Origin: Prasinococcaceae sp. CCMP 1430
Taxonomy: Eukaryota; Plantae; Prasinodermophyta
Length of the DNA: 8,137 bases
Assembly (NCBI GenBank): GCA_013416795.1
Contig: RQSC01000006.1
Coordinates: forward strand, 260,979 to 269,115
Direction of reading: 5' to 3'
Part shown: positions 6,128 through 8,137 of the stretch, one piece after another
Position numbering within the stretch: the stretch's first letter is position 1
Layout: each line of letters opens with the position of its first letter
The notes under the pieces: model-generated
The model's database searches: none
The model's input: the letters and a program-made list of their open reading frames with translations, nothing else
What the model was told of the DNA's origin: nothing
Translations under genes and position numbers: made by a program

Positions 6128-6333
6128 CTGTGGATCGCGTCGGCGCCGAAGTGACTCCCGCCAGTGCGCGCGCGCGCGCGCGCGCGCGCCGGCGGGGGCG
6201 GCGAGCAGCAAAGGAAGGGGGAGGGGGTCCCACGCGCGGCGCTCGCCTCCCTCGCGTGCGCGGGCGTGGGAGCGCACGCCTGGTGTGCGCGCTCGCCTGT
6301 GCGTGTGCGTGCGCGCGCGCGCGCGCGCGATAC
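6128..6333 (-). other. Putative SPT6 intron (206 nt) with (GC)n arms
   Basis: Donor TC|GTATCG, (GC)n at 6311-6329 and 6166-6189, pyrimidine-rich middle, acceptor CCACAG. The read-through translation (YRARARAHAH...) is low-complexity and not Spt6-like. Confidence 0.65.
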
Positions 6334-8048
6334 GAGCGCTCGCCAGCCGCCATGGCCTTGACCTCGTCCATCGTGGACATCGGGCGCCCGCTAAGCGTCG
6401 CTGCCGACTTGGCCGCCTCGGCGAAGCCCTCCATGACCTCCATCTGCTTGGATTTGCGCGCCTGCACGATGCCCCACCTTTTGTCCATCTCCTGGACGCG
6501 GTGCAGAGCGCGCCACCTAGCCAGGGATCCCGCACGGTAGTCCTCGGGCACGTCGTCGCTCTCCGCGAGCATCTGCGAGTATTTGTGTGCCTCGAACTCC
6601 AGCTGCGCAGCCGTCCTTGGCGCATCCATATCAAGGAGCGGCCCACACTCGGCTTTGTGCCACATGGCAATCGCAGGCACCTCGAGACGCTCTTCGAGGA
6701 GCAGCTTCAGGACCTTGACGATGTGCTTCGTCACCAACTCCTTCCGACGGCCCTCCTCGACATCCCCCTGCTGCAGGTCGTCCGGCCCAAAGGAGGGGCC
6801 CGCCTGCCCAATCCTGAAGTGCACGCGGTACTCGGGCGCGGTGGGCCCGAAGATGCTGTCGTAAATCCACGCCGCCTCCTTGACGAGATCGCTCTCCCGC
6901 GGTCTCACGCGGAAGCGCTCCTTCTCCAGCGCGCTCGACTGAATGCGCTCCTGGACGCGCTCCGGCAGGTCCTTGCGCGCAATCTTTTGATCGAGCTCTC
7001 CAAGAAAGTGCTGGTCGCGAATGGCAGGCTCCACTGTGTCCATCTGCTTACGCTGCGTCGGGGCCTCGTCCTCCTCCATCTCGTCCTCGTCGCGGGCGGC
7101 CTCGCCCTCCCTCTGTTTCGCGCGCGCCTGCGCGTACATATCAAGCATGTTGTCGGCGTCGCCGAAGATGTCCGTCGCCTCCTGCAGCTGCACGGCGTTG
7201 AAGCGCCCGGTGCCCTTGGGGCGCCTCTTCTTCTTGCGCTTGATCGGAAGGCCGTCCGGCCCGAGCTCCTCGTCATCGTCCGCGATGAAGTCAGCCATCT
7301 CGTCCTCGTCATCGTCGAAGAGGTCCTCCTCCTCCTCTCGCTTACGCAGCGGCTCGCCCTCATCACCGCTGTCGTCATCCCCGAAAAGGTCGGCCTCGAG
7401 TGCCTCCGCGTCGTCCACTGGCTGCTTGCCCTTGGCGTCCCCGTCACCCGCCTTGCGCAGGCGCTTGCGCTGGCCCTGCGCTGGCTTCGCGGGGCGCTTG
7501 AAGCCCGTCACCTGGTTTTCCTGCAGGAGCTCGTAGTCCTCCTCGTCAAGCTCCTGGTCCTTCTCAAAATCCTCGCTGTCCTCGGATGCCGCATCGTCGC
7601 CCGCGTCCGGCTCGGCGTCCTCGTCCCGCACGATGACATCGTCCTCCTCGTAGCCGGCGCCGCCGGCGGCCTCAAGCGCCCGCTCCTTCGCCTTGAGCTC
7701 CGCATCCTCCGCGGCATCGGCGGCGCCCTCCGCGTCACCGCCCTTGACGGCGGCCTCACTCAGGAAGCCGCGGGCATCGCCCTCCTCCTCCAGAAGCTCG
7801 TCCTCCTCCTCATCCTCGTCGTCGAGCACGGTCGCGTGACGCTTCTTCACCGGCGGTCGCGCGGCCGCGGCGGTAGGTCCGTCGCCACCGGAGCCGCCGG
7901 CGTCGTCGCCGTCGCCCGCAGCGGCAGCAGCGTCCGCGGGCTCGTCCGCAAGATCGTCGAGGAGCTCATCCTTCTCCTCCTCCTCAGGCCCGGCGTCATC
8001 TCCCGGCACCTCCTCCGCGGGCGCGTCCCTCTCCGGCGAGTCCGCCAT
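6334..8048 (-). CDS. SPT6: Transcription elongation factor / histone chaperone Spt6, N-terminal about 572 aa only (acidic region plus start of the core)
   Basis: Conserved Spt6 motifs in the expected order: ELDEEDYELLQEN, DEMADFIADDD, LQEATDIFG, VEP...HFL..LDQKIARKDLPERVQER, LVKEAAWIY, IVKVLKLLLEERLEVPAIAMWHK, ALHRVQEMDKRWGIVQARK. ATG at 8048. Confidence 0.95.
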
Positions 8049-8055
8049 CGGCGTG

Positions 8056-8063
8056 TTAGGGTT
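8056..8063 (-). promoter_or_regulatory. Telo-box-like motif AACCCTAA just upstream of the SPT6 ATG
   Basis: Minus strand reads GGGGCAACCCTAACACGCCG-ATG; the motif lies 8-15 nt before the start codon inside otherwise very GC-rich sequence. Confidence 0.5.
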
Positions 8064-8137
8064 GCCCCGCTCGCCGCGGCGGAGGCCCGCAAACGCCGCG
8101 AAGGCCGGCCGCCGCGCAGATCGGCGCGCGGCGCGGC

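Noticed and set aside
5971-6130. Telomerase RNA gene with CCCTAAACCCTAAAC as template
   Set aside because: There is no recognisable USE/TATA type-3 promoter upstream on the + strand and no T4+ terminator until about 6480, inside the SPT6 exon. It cannot be fully excluded without an Infernal search.
6107-6131. SRP RNA helix-8-like string CAGGTGCAGAAAGGCAGCAGCGA (minus strand)
   Set aside because: The stem register does not fit the CAGG/AGCA symmetric loop, no Alu domain or helix 5/6 is visible upstream, and the CAG|G also serves as a splice acceptor.
1-8137. CRISPR array, tRNA, rRNA, transposase or viral genes
   Set aside because: No regularly spaced direct repeats, cloverleaf, rRNA signature or mobile-element protein motif was seen.

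Overview
High-GC eukaryotic DNA, probably from a green alga of prasinophyte grade. This is inferred from GTGCGY/GTACGT donors, CTGAC/CTAAT branch points, TTTAGGG-type repeats and a plant-like SnRK1 beta subunit. From left to right: (1) 5' exons of an FAD-dependent (kynurenine 3-monooxygenase-like) monooxygenase with GT/CA-microsatellite introns, running into a 906-N gap; (2) a two-exon + strand coiled-coil gene with a weak axonemal-dynein-light-like motif and no plausible stop; (3) an intronless SnRK1/AMPK beta subunit lacking its normal N-terminus and carrying a 142-aa Q/A/H tail; (4) a convergent - strand three-exon orphan gene with no evident ATG; (5) an AT-rich island with telomere-type repeats; (6) the 5' third of SPT6 on the - strand, which ends without its core and C-terminal domains. 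The most striking pattern is two same-strand junctions (about 3265 and about 5940-6090). Each joins the 5' part of one gene to the 3' part of an unrelated gene, as if the central block had been swapped in. I cannot tell a real rearrangement from a mis-assembly using the sequence alone.
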